A DNA stretch of 62,836 nt, filler included, from 10 parts of 10 records of this genome joined end to end with filler, not necessarily neighbours in it, one strand, 5' to 3'. Shown: positions 8,857 to 21,462, numbered from the whole stretch's first letter. The notes: generated from the letters alone by a model not told the origin. Numbers and translations are program-made.

Positions 8857-10179
8857 TCAGTTCTTAACGTTGCGCAGATCCCGCACCCGTACGGCTTTGC
8901 CCTGGGAACGGGGAATTTCGCCCGGACTCAACACAACTGCACGGCAGGTAACCCCCACCATCGTTTTGATATGTGCGGCGACACCGTTGGCGATGGCCGG
9001 ATAGTCCTCAACCGAGGTGCCGGTTTTCGCTTCAACTTCGACGGTCATCGTATCCATGGCGCCTTCACGTTGAATCACCAACTGATAGTGCGGTTCCAAC
9101 GAATCCATGTTCAAAAGGTGGGATTCCACCTGGGACGGATAAACATTGACGCCGCGGATGATCAGCATGTCGTCGTTGCGGCCGGTTACACGTAAAATGC
9201 GGGCGTGCGTACGGCCACAGGCACAGGCCTCGTCCGTCAACCGAGTAATGTCACGCGTGCGGTATCGGATCATCGGCTGCGCCCATTTGGCCAGCGTCGT
9301 GATGACCAGTTCTCCCTGCTCCCCAAAGGGAACCGGTTCGCCACTGTCGGGATCGATTACTTCAAACAGGAAGCAATCCTCCCAGCCATGCAGTCCGGCC
9401 CGTGCTTCGACACACTCAGCCGCAACCCCGGGGCCGATGATTTCCGACAAACCGTACAGATCCACGGATTTGACGCCGAGCCTTTCATCCAATTCCTGCC
9501 GCATGGACTCGCTCCAGGGTTCAGCCCCGAATATGCCAACCCTGAGCGGGCCGTTTTTAATATCGATTCCAGCTTTTTCCGCCACTTCGGCAATGTGCAA
9601 TGCGTAACTGGGAGTGGCACAAAGCACCTGGGCCTGGAAGTCATGCATCAGAACGATCTGGCGTTCGGTATTCCCGCCGGAAACAGGCGTCACCGTGCAT
9701 CCCAACCGTTCAGCCCCGTAGTGGGCACCTAGACCGCCGGTAAACAAGCCATAGCCATATGCGTTGTGCACGAAATCGCCGGGACGCCCCCCCATGCAGG
9801 CCATTGATCGCGCCATTATATTCGACCAAACATCGAGGTCTTCGCGCGTATAGCCGACTACGGTCGGCTTTCCGGTCGTACCTGACGAAGCGTGAACCCG
9901 GGCCACTTCGTCGCGTGGCACGGCAAACATGCCAAAGGGATAGTTGTCGCGAAGATCACTTTTATTGGTGAAAGGAAACTTGCTCAGATCCTCGATCGAT
10001 TTGAGATCGGCCGGCTTCACTCCGGCGGCATCGAAGCTCTTTTTATAGTGCGTTACGTTCTCGTAGGCATGGGCGAGGATCTTCTGCAGCTTCTCAAATT
10101 GAAGAACAGCCAATTGATCGCGGGGCATGGTCTCGATTTCGGGCGAGAACATAAAAGTTTCTTGATTCGATGCGCTCAT
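8857..10179 (-). CDS. paaK: Phenylacetate-CoA ligase
   Basis: HASSGTTGKPTVVGYT, YGYGLFTGGLGAHYGAE, DLYGLSE, RYRTRD, GRNDDMLIIRGVNVYP; AGGAG RBS. Confidence 0.93.
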   Translation of the reverse strand: MSASNQETFMFSPEIETMPRDQLAVLQFEKLQKILAHAYENVTHYKKSFDAAGVKPADLKSIEDLSKFPFTNKSDLRDNYPFGMFAVPRDEVARVHASSGTTGKPTVVGYTREDLDVWSNIMARSMACMGGRPGDFVHNAYGYGLFTGGLGAHYGAERLGCTVTPVSGGNTERQIVLMHDFQAQVLCATPSYALHIAEVAEKAGIDIKNGPLRVGIFGAEPWSESMRQELDERLGVKSVDLYGLSEIIGPGVAAECVEARAGLHGWEDCFLFEVIDPDSGEPVPFGEQGELVITTLAKWAQPMIRYRTRDITRLTDEACACGRTHARILRVTGRNDDMLIIRGVNVYPSQVESHLLNMDSLEPHYQLVIQREGAMDTMTVEVEAKTGTSVEDYPAIANGVAAHIKTMVGVTCRAVVLSPGEIPRSQGKAVRVRDLRNVKN

Positions 10180-10555
10180 GACGTCTCCTTTGTCGGACGA
10201 GTTTGTGCCCCGTCTTTTTTAGGAATTCGGATAAAAAATCGGCCTTACAATATTGAAAAGACCGCTCTTTCGCCAGCTTCCAGTTTCCTACTAAAAGCAA
10301 TTCATTGGCATTTTCGAGACGGCCACCGTTTCCAACCTCACAACTGTTGGCCTCATTTGCCGTCCTGGAATTCCAATTCCAAACCAAAAATCCGCAAAAA
10401 ACATCTCAAGAAAAGCTTCATTCTGCATCCCGATCAATCAATGGCGGCAAAACCCGTTTGATTTATACGGTTTTTGCGGGCACTCTGGATCCAATCGCGA
10501 CTTCTTTGTTGCCATCAACAGTAACCACGAAACGCAAGAAAGGGGGGACCTTCCT

Positions 10556-11722
10556 ATGTTTCGAACAAAGCGTTGGCACGCGCTCGCAGTCGCGGGGTCG
10601 ATCTTGGCGGCCGTCGGTATGATACCGTCGGCTCAGCTCTCAGCGGCTGAACCCATCAAGATTGGCACATTCCTGGCAGTAACAGGGCCCGCGTCTTTCC
10701 TCGGAGATCCAGAACTGAAAACGCTCGAAATGTACGTCGAGGATATCAATGCCTCAGGCGGCGTACTTGGGCGCAAGGTCGAATTGATCCACTACGATGT
10801 CGGCGCCGATGCCAAAAAGGCGATGACCGCCGTCAAGCGCTTGATCAGCAGCGACAAGGTCAATGTGATCGTTGGTGGTTCTACCACCGGCGCCACCATG
10901 GCCGTCGTGCCGCTGGTGGAACGCGCCAAGATGCCGTTTATCTCCCTAGCCGGCGCCGTAGTCATCGTCGATCCTGTCAAGAAATGGGTCTTTAAAACGC
11001 CGCATACCGACAAAATGGCCTGCGCCAAGATCTTTGAAGATATGGAAAAACGCGGCCTGAAGAAAATCGGCATGATTTCCGGAACCGGTGGTTTCGGCAA
11101 GTCGATGCGCGGACAGTGTAAAAGTTTGGCTTCAGCATACGGGATTGAAATCCTGGCCGACGAAGCGTATGGCCCAAAAGACACCGACATGACGCCCCAA
11201 CTGACCAAAATCAAGAACACGGCTGGGGTTCAGGCCATTCTGAACCCGGGCTTCGGTCAGGGCCCGGCAATTGTCACCAAGAACTTCAAGCAACTCGGTA
11301 TCGAGGTGCCGATGTATCAATCGCACGGCGTCGCCTCGAAGAAGTTTATCGAATTGGCCGGTGACGCTGCGGAAGGCGTGCGCCTGCCGGCGGCGGGCCT
11401 TGTGGTTGCCGAAAAGCTGTCGGATTCAGATCCACAAAAACAGGTGGCTGTCGGCTACAAGCAAGCCTACGAGAAGAAGTTCGGATCCTCGGTATCGACA
11501 TTCGGTGGACATGCCTATGACGGTTTGCAGATGGCTCTTGCTGCCATCGCTCGGGCCGGCTCGACCGACCCCGAAAAAGTCCGCGACGAAATCGAAAAGA
11601 CAAGCGGCTATATCGGTACCGGCGGAGTCGTGAATATGTCGGCGAAGGATCATCTGGGACTGGATCTTTCGGCATTTCACATGATCGAGATTGAAAACGG
11701 CGACTGGAAAGTCGTCGACTGA
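10556..11722 (+). CDS. LIV-type ABC transporter substrate-binding protein (probably for aromatic acids, given the divergent paaK)
   Basis: Signal peptide, PIKIGTFLAVTGPASFLG, periplasmic binding protein type 1 pattern. Confidence 0.9.
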   Translation: MFRTKRWHALAVAGSILAAVGMIPSAQLSAAEPIKIGTFLAVTGPASFLGDPELKTLEMYVEDINASGGVLGRKVELIHYDVGADAKKAMTAVKRLISSDKVNVIVGGSTTGATMAVVPLVERAKMPFISLAGAVVIVDPVKKWVFKTPHTDKMACAKIFEDMEKRGLKKIGMISGTGGFGKSMRGQCKSLASAYGIEILADEAYGPKDTDMTPQLTKIKNTAGVQAILNPGFGQGPAIVTKNFKQLGIEVPMYQSHGVASKKFIELAGDAAEGVRLPAAGLVVAEKLSDSDPQKQVAVGYKQAYEKKFGSSVSTFGGHAYDGLQMALAAIARAGSTDPEKVRDEIEKTSGYIGTGGVVNMSAKDHLGLDLSAFHMIEIENGDWKVVD

Positions 11723-11994
11723 TCACAACTTCTGTTCGGGTTTAACCCTGGCGGCGCAGCCATTGCGCTGTGCCGCCGGGATTTATTGTGATTGTTTCGC
11801 GTTGTTTTCCAAATTCGATTCAGGCCAATCATCCCAACCAATTGTTCTCGGTTTGGCCGTTTTGATTGCCTCGGAGCGCGCCGAACGTTTATTAAGGGGC
11901 GCCGGCAGGCACGAGGGCCACACAGGACAAAATCGAGCCGACTACGGACATTCTAGGAGCCGTTGGCCAAAAATGGGGGCGATCTAAGTTCGCG

Positions 11995-12870
11995 ATGTTC
12001 GCGGAATTCCTTCAGTTTCTATTCTCCGGGATTACCGTGGGTGCGACCTATGCCTTGGTCGCCATGGGTTTTTCCATCATCTACAACTCCAGCCACGTCA
12101 TCAACTTCGCCCAGGGCGAATTTGTGATGTTGGGTGGCATGGCGACGGTGGCCCTGCTCGGCGTTGGTTTACCGATGCCCTTGGCTATCCTCTGCGCCAT
12201 TGCAATCACGGTGGCGGTTGGATTGCTGGTTGAGAAACTGGCCATCGAACCGGCGCGCGAAGGTTCAGTCGTTTCGCTGATTATCATTACAATCGGCGCT
12301 TCCATATTTCTGCGCGGCGGCGCACAGATTGTGATGGACAAGGAATTCCATTCTCTTCCGGCTTTTTCCGGCGAAGAACCGATCATCATCGGCGGCGCCA
12401 CCATTCTGCCGCAAAGCCTGTGGGTGATCGGTGGCACGGCCGTGATGGTATTCCTTATGTGGTTTTTCTTTGAACGCATGAAATACGGCAAAGCAATGCT
12501 GGCCATGGCCTACAACAGGTTGGCCGCCCGACTCGTCGGCATCAATGTCCGGCAGGTACTTTCCCTTAGTTTTATGCAGGCAGCGCTGCTAGGCGCGATC
12601 GGCGGCATTCTGGTGGCACCGATTTCATTCACGTACTACGAAGTCGGCATCATGCTGGGACTCAAGGGTTTCTGCGCGGCCATCCTGGGAGGCCTCGGCC
12701 GAGGCTGGGGCGCCGTTGTCGGCGGTTTGATCGTTGGCATCGCCGAAGCAATGGGTGCCGGCTACATATCGGCCGACTACAAAGATGCCATCGCCTTTGT
12801 AATCATTCTTCTGGTGCTGTTCATCAGACCCAGCGGTTTGATGGGCCGGCGTGAGGTGGAACGGGTATGA
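11995..12870 (+). CDS. LIV-type ABC permease (LivH-like)
   Basis: GATYALVAMGFSIIY, INFAQGE, hydrophobic profile. Confidence 0.9.
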   Translation: MFAEFLQFLFSGITVGATYALVAMGFSIIYNSSHVINFAQGEFVMLGGMATVALLGVGLPMPLAILCAIAITVAVGLLVEKLAIEPAREGSVVSLIIITIGASIFLRGGAQIVMDKEFHSLPAFSGEEPIIIGGATILPQSLWVIGGTAVMVFLMWFFFERMKYGKAMLAMAYNRLAARLVGINVRQVLSLSFMQAALLGAIGGILVAPISFTYYEVGIMLGLKGFCAAILGGLGRGWGAVVGGLIVGIAEAMGAGYISADYKDAIAFVIILLVLFIRPSGLMGRREVERV

Positions 12871-13847
12871 CCAGCCACCTGAGATCGCCAAGGTCGGGAG
12901 GCATGATCGCCTTGGCAATTATTATTGCCGTCACGCCTCTTTTTCTGCCGAACGAATTCTTCTTCGATGTCGCCGTTCGCGCCGGTTTCAATGCCATCGT
13001 CTGCGTTGGTTTGAACCTTCTGATCGGATATGCAGGCCAGATCAGCCTGGGCCATGCCGGTTTCCTGGGCCTGGGAGCCTATACGTCGGCGGTCATGACC
13101 GCCAATTTTGGATGGCACCCGATCGCCGCCATGATTTTTGGCGCCATACTTGTCGGTTCCTTGGCTTTCGCCGTCGCCCGGCCGGTTTTGCGATTGAAAG
13201 GTCACTACCTGGCAATGGCGACACTCGGTCTCGGCGTCATCATCGCCATCGTCATCAACACCGAGGCCGAAATCACTGGTGGGCCGGACGGTATGATCGT
13301 CCCGCCGCTGACACTCTTTGGTTGGGAGCTCTACGGCGAAGCGATTTGGTACTGGGTGGCGGGTGCCGGTGTCCTGATCAGTGTTTGGCTATCGCTGAAC
13401 ATCATCCATTCGCCTGTCGGCCGCGCTTTGCGTTCCGTGCATGGCTCGGAAATTGCCGCTGAAGTTTGCGGTGTCGATACCAGTCGCTACAAAGTTCTGG
13501 TATTCGTCATTTCGGCCATATTGGCCTCCGTCGCGGGCAGCCTTTCGGCTCACTACAGCGGATTTATAACGCCGGCCGATGTCAATTTTTTCCGGTCCAT
13601 CGAATTGGTGACGATGGTGGTGCTCGGGGGCATGGCCTCAACATTTGGAGCCGTTCTCGGCGCTGTCGTGTTGACCGTCCTGCCCGAGCTACTAACTTGG
13701 TTCGCCGAATACGAACACATGATATTCGGTCTGATTCTGATGCTGACCATGATATTCATGCCAAAGGGCCTGATTCCAAGCATGTCAGCGAAACTGCGAA
13801 ACCGAGCAGACGCCGAAACCAAGGACACGAAGAGGGCAAAGCCATGA
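12867..13847 (+). CDS. LIV-type ABC permease (LivM-like)
   Basis: GLNLLIGYAGQISLGHAGF, LKGHYLAMATLG, VVLGGM. Confidence 0.9.
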   Translation: MTSHLRSPRSGGMIALAIIIAVTPLFLPNEFFFDVAVRAGFNAIVCVGLNLLIGYAGQISLGHAGFLGLGAYTSAVMTANFGWHPIAAMIFGAILVGSLAFAVARPVLRLKGHYLAMATLGLGVIIAIVINTEAEITGGPDGMIVPPLTLFGWELYGEAIWYWVAGAGVLISVWLSLNIIHSPVGRALRSVHGSEIAAEVCGVDTSRYKVLVFVISAILASVAGSLSAHYSGFITPADVNFFRSIELVTMVVLGGMASTFGAVLGAVVLTVLPELLTWFAEYEHMIFGLILMLTMIFMPKGLIPSMSAKLRNRADAETKDTKRAKP

Positions 13848-14629
13848 GCCTTCTGAGTGTCGAAAACCTGAGCAAGGAATTCGGGGGCGTTCGCGCTGTC
13901 AACGATCTCAGCTTCACTTTCAAGGCCGACACCATTCATTCGATCATCGGCCCGAACGGCGCAGGCAAAACAACGCTGTTCAATTTGATCAGTGGAATTT
14001 ACACGCCGACATCCGGCCGGGTTCTGCTCGACGGCAAAGATGTCGTCGGTCAGCCGCCATATGAATTGGCAGGAAAGGGCCTTTCACGCACTTTCCAGAA
14101 CCTTCAGATCTTTTTCAACATGACGGCGTTGGAAAACGTCATGGTCGGCCTGCACCTGCGGCTTGATCGGCGTTTCTGGCCGGCTGTCTTTCGATTGGGC
14201 GGAGTCGGAGGGAAGGAAGACGAAGCACGCGAACGCGCCGCTGAGTTGATGGACTTCGTCGGACTTTCCGCCTATTTGGATTCGGAATCGGATGCAATGC
14301 CGTTTGGTGCATTGAAGCGTCTTGAGATAGCCCGAGCCTTGGCATCGAAACCGAAGATCCTGTTGCTCGACGAACCGGCCGCCGGTCTTAACATGGCCGA
14401 GACAGAAGCCATTGATGAATTGATTCGCCGAGTTTCCGAAAAAGGAATCAGCGTCGTTCTGGTCGAGCACGATATGCGCTTGGTTATGGGCGTTTCGGAC
14501 CATGTCCTCGTTCTTGACAACGGCCGGAAACTGGGCGAGGGCACGGCCGAACAGGTACGGAACGATCCAAATGTAATTCGCGCCTATTTGGGAGCCATGG
14601 CCCTGGGAGACAGCGGTGAACAGCAATAA
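13844..14629 (+). CDS. LIV-type ABC ATPase (LivG-like)
   Basis: GPNGAGKT, RTFQ, LLLDEPAAG, VEHDM; start at ATG 13844. Confidence 0.92.
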   Translation: MSLLSVENLSKEFGGVRAVNDLSFTFKADTIHSIIGPNGAGKTTLFNLISGIYTPTSGRVLLDGKDVVGQPPYELAGKGLSRTFQNLQIFFNMTALENVMVGLHLRLDRRFWPAVFRLGGVGGKEDEARERAAELMDFVGLSAYLDSESDAMPFGALKRLEIARALASKPKILLLDEPAAGLNMAETEAIDELIRRVSEKGISVVLVEHDMRLVMGVSDHVLVLDNGRKLGEGTAEQVRNDPNVIRAYLGAMALGDSGEQQ

Positions 14630-15353
14630 ACCAGCCGCGAACGCCAAGCCGATACTCGAGGTTCGGGGCCTGAGCACGCACTATGGGCGCATTCAGGCAT
14701 TGCGAAATGTGGACTTGCATGTCAACGAGGGCGAACTGGTGGCCCTAGTGGGGAACAACGGGGCCGGAAAATCGACGCTTCTGCATACGATTTGCGGTGT
14801 CCAATCAGCTTCGAAAGGCGACATCCTGTTTGAAGGATCCAGCATCGTTTCGGTGCGAGCCGACCAGAGGGTCCGCATGGGAATTTCACAAGTTCCCGAG
14901 GCACGTCAGGTTTTCGGACCGATGACGGTTGAGGACAACCTGATGATGGGCGCGTTTACGAGAAAACGCCGAGAAGCATTGAGCGATCTCGACGAGGTCT
15001 TCGCCCTTTTTCCGGTACTGGCTGAAAAGCGTGCCCAGTCGGCCGGAACTTTATCCGGGGGACAGCAGCAAATGCTGGCCATCGGACGGGGCTTGATGGC
15101 AAAGCCAAGACTAATGCTACTCGACGAACCGAGTATGGGCCTTGCTCCGAAAGTCACCGACGAAACCTTCGAGACGATACTTTCCCTAAAAGAAAACGGA
15201 ACAACCATATTTCTTGTCGAACAAAATGCTTCATCGGCTCTTGCCATTGCCGACCGCGGGTATGTTCTTGAAATTGGTCAGGTTGTTCTAAGTGACACCG
15301 GCAGCGGCCTTTTGCATAACAAAAAGGTCAAAGAAGCCTATCTGGGCATGTAA
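14616..15353 (+). CDS. LIV-type ABC ATPase (LivF-like)
   Basis: GNNGAGKS, LSGGQQQML, LDEPSMGL, VEQN. Confidence 0.92.
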   Translation: MNSNKPAANAKPILEVRGLSTHYGRIQALRNVDLHVNEGELVALVGNNGAGKSTLLHTICGVQSASKGDILFEGSSIVSVRADQRVRMGISQVPEARQVFGPMTVEDNLMMGAFTRKRREALSDLDEVFALFPVLAEKRAQSAGTLSGGQQQMLAIGRGLMAKPRLMLLDEPSMGLAPKVTDETFETILSLKENGTTIFLVEQNASSALAIADRGYVLEIGQVVLSDTGSGLLHNKKVKEAYLGM

Positions 15354-15614
15354 CATCAGGGGTTGGGATCGGGCGTTAACGCGGACGTGCTGATCGATCT
15401 GGNNNNNNNNNNNNNNNNNNNNNNNNNNNNNNNNNNNNNNNNNNNNTTAATTAATTAANNNNNNNNNNNNNNNNNNNNNNNNNNNNNNNNNNNNNNNNNN
15501 NNCTCAATATAAAAACATAAAGGGCGTCCCCTGCCTCTCCACTGAAAGGATCGAATTCCAATGCTGGTAAACAGGGCGCTGGACATATTGTTGAAGTTCA
15601 GAATCCCCTGGGTC

Positions 15615-18600
15615 ATGAAATGCCCCGCCGTGATACTGTTTTTCGCGTGTCTGGCGCCTTTGACGGCATCGGCCCAATCCGTCAGCGTCAGCATCACGGG
15701 CGATGCCGCCATCAACGGCTGTGGGACCAAGAGCTACACGATCTCCATCCAGAACGACTCCGGCGACCCGTTAACCAACCTGGTAATTATTGCCGGGCTG
15801 GAAACCCTCGCCGGATTTTACTATATCCCCGGAACCACCAGCATCGATTTAAACGGCGGAGGGGCTTTCTGCACGGCCGATCCCGTTATTTCCGGCGGTT
15901 ATTCCGGTAATTGCGCCCCCGGGCCCGGCACCCCTTATCTCACCTGGGACATTGATTCCCTTTGCGGCGTCAGGACCCTCAATAACGGCGATACCCTCAA
16001 CATCACGTTCCAGTTGACGACCGATTGTACGGCGGCATCCGGCTCCCTCAATGCCTATATCGATTACGACCTCCCCGGTCTTCCCAATCAGTGCGACGAC
16101 ACGGGTCTCTTGAACATCCAGGTGAACCCCAGAGTATTGACCATTGAAAAAACCCGGGCCAACGTTCCCATCGGTTGTGGCGACGTCATCCAATGGACGA
16201 TCCGGGTAACCAACAACAGCGGCTACACCCTGCCCATCCTCTGGATAGAAGACACCATGGACGCCGCCTTCACCTACCTCTCCTCCGTGGGGGACCCGCC
16301 TTACACATCGGATAACGGCACCAATGCGGGCCAGGTGACCTCCTGGGAACTCAGAAACGTCAATGACCGCCACACGGTGACCCTGTCCCTGGCCGCCACG
16401 ACCGATTCCGCACCTTGCAGTTATTATCTCGACAACACCGTGACCGCGTATTGGGGCTGCGGTGCCGCGGACGGCAGCTCCGCAACCAAACCCGGGGAGG
16501 ATCCACCGGATGATCCATTCTGTCTGACCGGCACCGGTATCACGGGCGTGCGCACCGAAACCCGGCAGCCGGAGCTGGACTTCTTCTCCATTGGCACGAG
16601 CCCGGTTAGCATCGATGCCTGCAATGACAGCACGGAAATAACCGTGCTCCTGGTAAACACCGGTTCCACCGACGCATCGGACGTGGACCTGGTCGTCACC
16701 CTGCCGGCCGGAATGACTTACATGGACGGTACATCGAAAACCGGCCTGGGAACCGATGATACGGTGTCCACCGAGGAGAATAAAGACCCGGACATTTCAG
16801 GTAGCACATTGACCTTTTATAATGTGGGTGACAAGGGCGATAATATCGCGGATACCATCGAGGCAGACGGCGGCAACGATACGCTGGTATTGAAATTTTC
16901 CGTCCGGTCCTCTTGTTACATCACCGATACTGTGGATTTCAATCTCCGTTATTATGACTGCTGCGATGACACGCAATATTCCATAGCAACCGAGAAGCAG
17001 ATTGCCGCGCTTTCTCCCAGCTTGTCCGTAACCCAGACGCCTTCGGATTCGCAGGTGGACTGCGGCACCCAGCAGACCTGGAACATCACGGTCACCAACA
17101 ACGGCGACGGTAACGCCCAGGTGGTGCGCATCGAGGACAATCCGGGTCACTGGATAGATGTAAGAACCGGGCAGCCGGGAGACCCCGAGGACATGGGCGG
17201 CGGCGTGTACGGGTGGGAAGTCAACAACCTGGCCGCAAACGGCGGCAGTGAGGCGCTGACATTGGTGGGCACACTCAATCCCGACGGCCTTCCCAACCAG
17301 GCCGATTGTACCGCCGGACTGCGTCAAAACAACTTCATGGCCGTCTGGGGCTGCGGCACTTCCGGGGATGCCATCGATAACTATCCCACCACCACCACCG
17401 ATTATGATTGTGAAGACGGCAACGCGGCCCAAGCCCCTGAGGCCACGCTGCAAATGCCCAACCTGACGGTCACCAGCATCACGCCCGCCATAAGTTGCAC
17501 CGGCGACGGCTGCTTCAGCGGAACCATCTCCGTCCGCGTCACCAACAACGGGGACGGCGCCACAAGCGGACCCTTTACCGTGCAGGTTACCGACGGCAAA
17601 GGGTGGACCGGCACCGCTACTTACAGCACTGCCATAGCAAGCGGCGGGTCCGCCGATGTTACCATCGATACCGCCACATGGCCCCCCGATTGTCAACTTT
17701 GTGCCGCGCCCTACAGCTTTAACGCCACGGTCGACCTTGGTAACGATATCTGCGAGTGCAACGAAAAGGATAACACCACCGGTTCCCCCACCCAATATTC
17801 CCCGCCCATTCCGGATGTCACCGTTACGGATATTGATTTCGACCTTGCCTGTTCCGGGGATGAGATCTCCGGTGATGTAACGGTGACCATAGAGAATCAG
17901 GGGGTGGGGGATGCAGGCGCCTTCGAGGTGGGCCTGGAGACGGACGGCTGTTTCGGGGCCCCGGCCAACCTGCCCGTGGCCTCCCTGGCTTCCGGTGCCG
18001 TAACCACGGTAACCTTCAACCTCCCCGACTCCTGGGCGACCTGCGCGGACGGGGATTGTCTCTTTACGGCCACCGTGGACCCGGCAGGCCATGTCTGCGA
18101 GTGCGACGGCACCCATAATGCCCGGGCCGAAACCAACCCGCCTTTCCGATCCAAGCTCTTCTGGTCCGATGCAACCGACGATCTGATTCAAAAGGCGGAC
18201 CGCGACGGCTCCGGTATCGAGGGGGTGACCGGCGCTGCCGACGGGCTGGATGAACCCCGGGGAGTGGCCGTCCATGAAACGCTTTCCAGAATATACTGGG
18301 TGAACGGCGCCGCCGGAACCATTCAACGGGCTGATCTTAATGGTGCCAATGTTCAAGAAGTGGCCTCCGGCCTCACGGCCCCCGTGGACATCGCCCTGGA
18401 CCCGGCAGGCAGCAAAATGTACTGGTCGGACAACGGGGACAGGGCCATTCACCGGGCCGATCTGAACGGCGGCAATTCCGAAACCCCGATCACGGGTCTG
18501 GGCGACATCGGCGGCCTGGCCCTGGATGTTAACGCCAACAAAATTTACTGGACCAACCCCGCGGACGGGGAGATCCGGCGCGCGGATCTAAACGGCCTTA

Positions 18601-21173
18601 ATCAGCAACTCCTGATTACGGATTTGAGCAATCCATTGGGCATTGCACTGGATCTATCCGGATCAAAAATCTATTTTTCCGATTCCGGCGCCGGAAAAAT
18701 CCAGAGGGCCGATCCGGACGGATCCAACGTTGAGGATGTGGTGATCGGACTGGGCGGCGACGTAAGCCATCTCGCCCTGGATGAGACCGAGGCGCTCATC
18801 TACTTCGGCACCAACAACGCGACCATCCGGCGGGTGGGTTTTGACGGCACCGGGCTTCAGGACGTGATCACCGGCCTGACCAACGGCATGGGCGTGGCCC
18901 TATACTCGCCCCCGTCCGGCTACCGGTTGGTGGATCCGGCCGTCAACAGCGTCACCCCGGTGGTCAGCCGCGACGGTCAGGGCAACATGTCGGGAAGCGT
19001 GACCGTCAATGTATCCAACCACGGGCGGAACCGGGCCGACGGCGCGGATGTGCGGCTTACCTCCGATTGCGGCATCGTCTTTTCCGATCAGAGTATCAAT
19101 CTGGCCCCCTCCGCCGATCAGGATGTGGTGTTTTCATACGCCCCCGGCTGTACGGATAACACCTGCACCTTTACCGCAAAGATCGATCCCGACGACACCA
19201 TCTGCGAATGCAGCAACAACACGAATACCAAGGCAGCGGCACCCTATGCGGTAACCGTACCGGACATCGAAGTCAAAGGCGGCACGCCATTGACCGTTAT
19301 TCCCAATGGCGACATCTCTCCGAGCACCGCCGAGGGCACGTATTTCGGCACCATCAATCCGGGGGAGAATGTCGCCCGCACCTTTACCATCGAAAATGTC
19401 GGCCGGGACATTCTCACCTTGTCCGGTACGCCTCCGGTTGATTTGTCGGACGAGACCCACTTTACCGTCACACGGCAGCCCACATCACCGATAAATGCCC
19501 ATGGCGGAACGGACACCTTTGATATCATCTACAATCCGACCAGCGGCGGGACCCACAACGCTACGGTGACCATCGCCAATGACGATTGTGATGAGAGTGC
19601 CTATGTTTTTGCCATCGAGGGATTCCGTACATCTTACCCAAATGTTACGACCATGGCAGTATCTTCCATCACCCTAACCACCGCCTCAAGCGGCGGACAT
19701 GTCATCGCTGACGGTGGCGCGGAAGTCTCATCCAGGGGGGTCTGCTGGAGCACGGCCCCTAACCCCACCACCGCTGCCGACAAAACCTCGGACGGCACGG
19801 GTACGGGTGGTTTTGCTAGCTCAATAACAGGCCTGAGCGCGGGAACCACCTACCATGTCAGAGCATATGCCACAAACGGTGCGGGTACGGGTTATGGAAA
19901 CGAGGTCTCTTTTGCCACCTTGCCGAATCCTCCCTCGACCCCCACGGCCACGGCCGCAAGCGGCATCACCGCCTCGGTGTTTACGGCCAATTGGAATGCC
20001 GAGGCCGGTGCCACCGGTTACCGCCTGGATGTGTCCACGACAGCTGATTTCAGCAGTTTCGTCAGCGGGTATGAGGATATGGGCGTGGGAGATGTTACGA
20101 GCATCGGGGTCATCAACCTTACTGGCGGTATCAACTATTACTACCGGGTGCGGTCGTACAACACGGGCGGCACCAGCACTGGTTCCAATGTGATCCAGGT
20201 GACCACGCTCTGTGCGGCGCCCATTGCCACGGCCGCCACGAACGTCACCCAGACCGGGTTTACGGCCAACTGGACTGCATCCACGGGTTCTACGGGTTAC
20301 CGTCTGGATATATCCACGACATCCGATTTCAGCAATTACGTCTCCGGATACAAGGAAGTGTTGAATGATACCAGCTGTGCCGTCACGGGGCTATCCTCCG
20401 GCACTTCCCACTATTACCGGGTGCGGGCCGTGAACGCCACAGGTACCAGTGAAAACTCCAACACCATCACCGTGGGCACCGGCAAACTCCCCACCCGGGT
20501 GGGACTGACCGGCCCCGCCGACGTGAATGCGGGGGCCGTATCCACCGCCTTTACCCTCACCAGCCGGGACAAGAACGGCGACCCGGCGGATGTAAATGAA
20601 GACACGGTGTTTCAATTGACTTCCACATCCACGGGTACTTACGGGTTTTACAGTGACTCCACCGGTAAACTCCCCGTCACGCAAATCACCATTTCAAACG
20701 GCACGCAAACCGCCACCTTTTACTACCGGGATACCACGGCCGGCACCCCGACCGTCTTTGCCACGCGCACCGGCGGCATGAGTCTGGGATCCGCAAACCA
20801 ACGGATCACCGTTAAGGCGGGGACTGTTTCGGGAACCGTCTTTTACGATGTTAACGGCAACGGCATTCTGGATGACGGGGAGCCGGGAATCGCCTTCGTG
20901 ACCGTAGAAATCCTGGATGCGCAGGGGAGCGTTACGGAAACCCTTACCACCAACGAAATCGGCGTCTACCGGTTTAACGGCGTCTCCCCCGGCAATTACA
21001 CGGTGCGGGAAACGGACTTGGCGGAGTATACCAGCACCACCAGCAACCTTGTTCCCGTATCCATGGCGGCCAACGGCGCCGCCACGGCCGATTTCGGGGA
21101 TCAGTTGCAGGGAATGGTTTCGGGCAGCGTCTTCCTGGATATCAACGGCAACGGCATACAGGACCCGGATGAA
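15615..21173 (+). CDS. Giant secreted/surface repeat protein (DUF11-like, CARDB-like, YWTD beta-propeller, Ig-like, FN3 and SdrD-B-like modules), 3'-truncated
   Basis: Signal peptide MKCPAVIL...ASA; repeats LFWSD/IYWVN/MYWSD/IYWTN/IYFSD; FN3 YYYRVR; GTVFYDVNGNGILDDGEPG; frame open to the contig end. Confidence 0.85.
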
Positions 21174-21462
21174 NNNNNNNNNNNNNNNNNNNNNNNNNNN
21201 NNNNNNNNNNNNNNNNNTTAATTAATTAANNNNNNNNNNNNNNNNNNNNNNNNNNNNNNNNNNNNNNNNNNNNCGCCCTTTTTTCTTTTTTTTTCGAATA
21301 ATCCCGGGAGTCCGACCACTATATACTCCACAATACAACACCCTGATATTAAAGATCAATTATCACACCACCGGATGTCTTAACATCCTGTTTGCAATTT
21401 TAACTATATTACTTTAGTATCTATCACTTCAATACTCTGGTAAGCAATGGCGCAAGAAAATC

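Noticed and set aside
16797-18452. 551-aa antisense ORF, and similar shadow ORFs such as 3611-4549, 35982-36890 and 54127-55083
   Set aside because: They lie opposite or overlap well-supported genes in GC-rich DNA and have no recognisable motifs.
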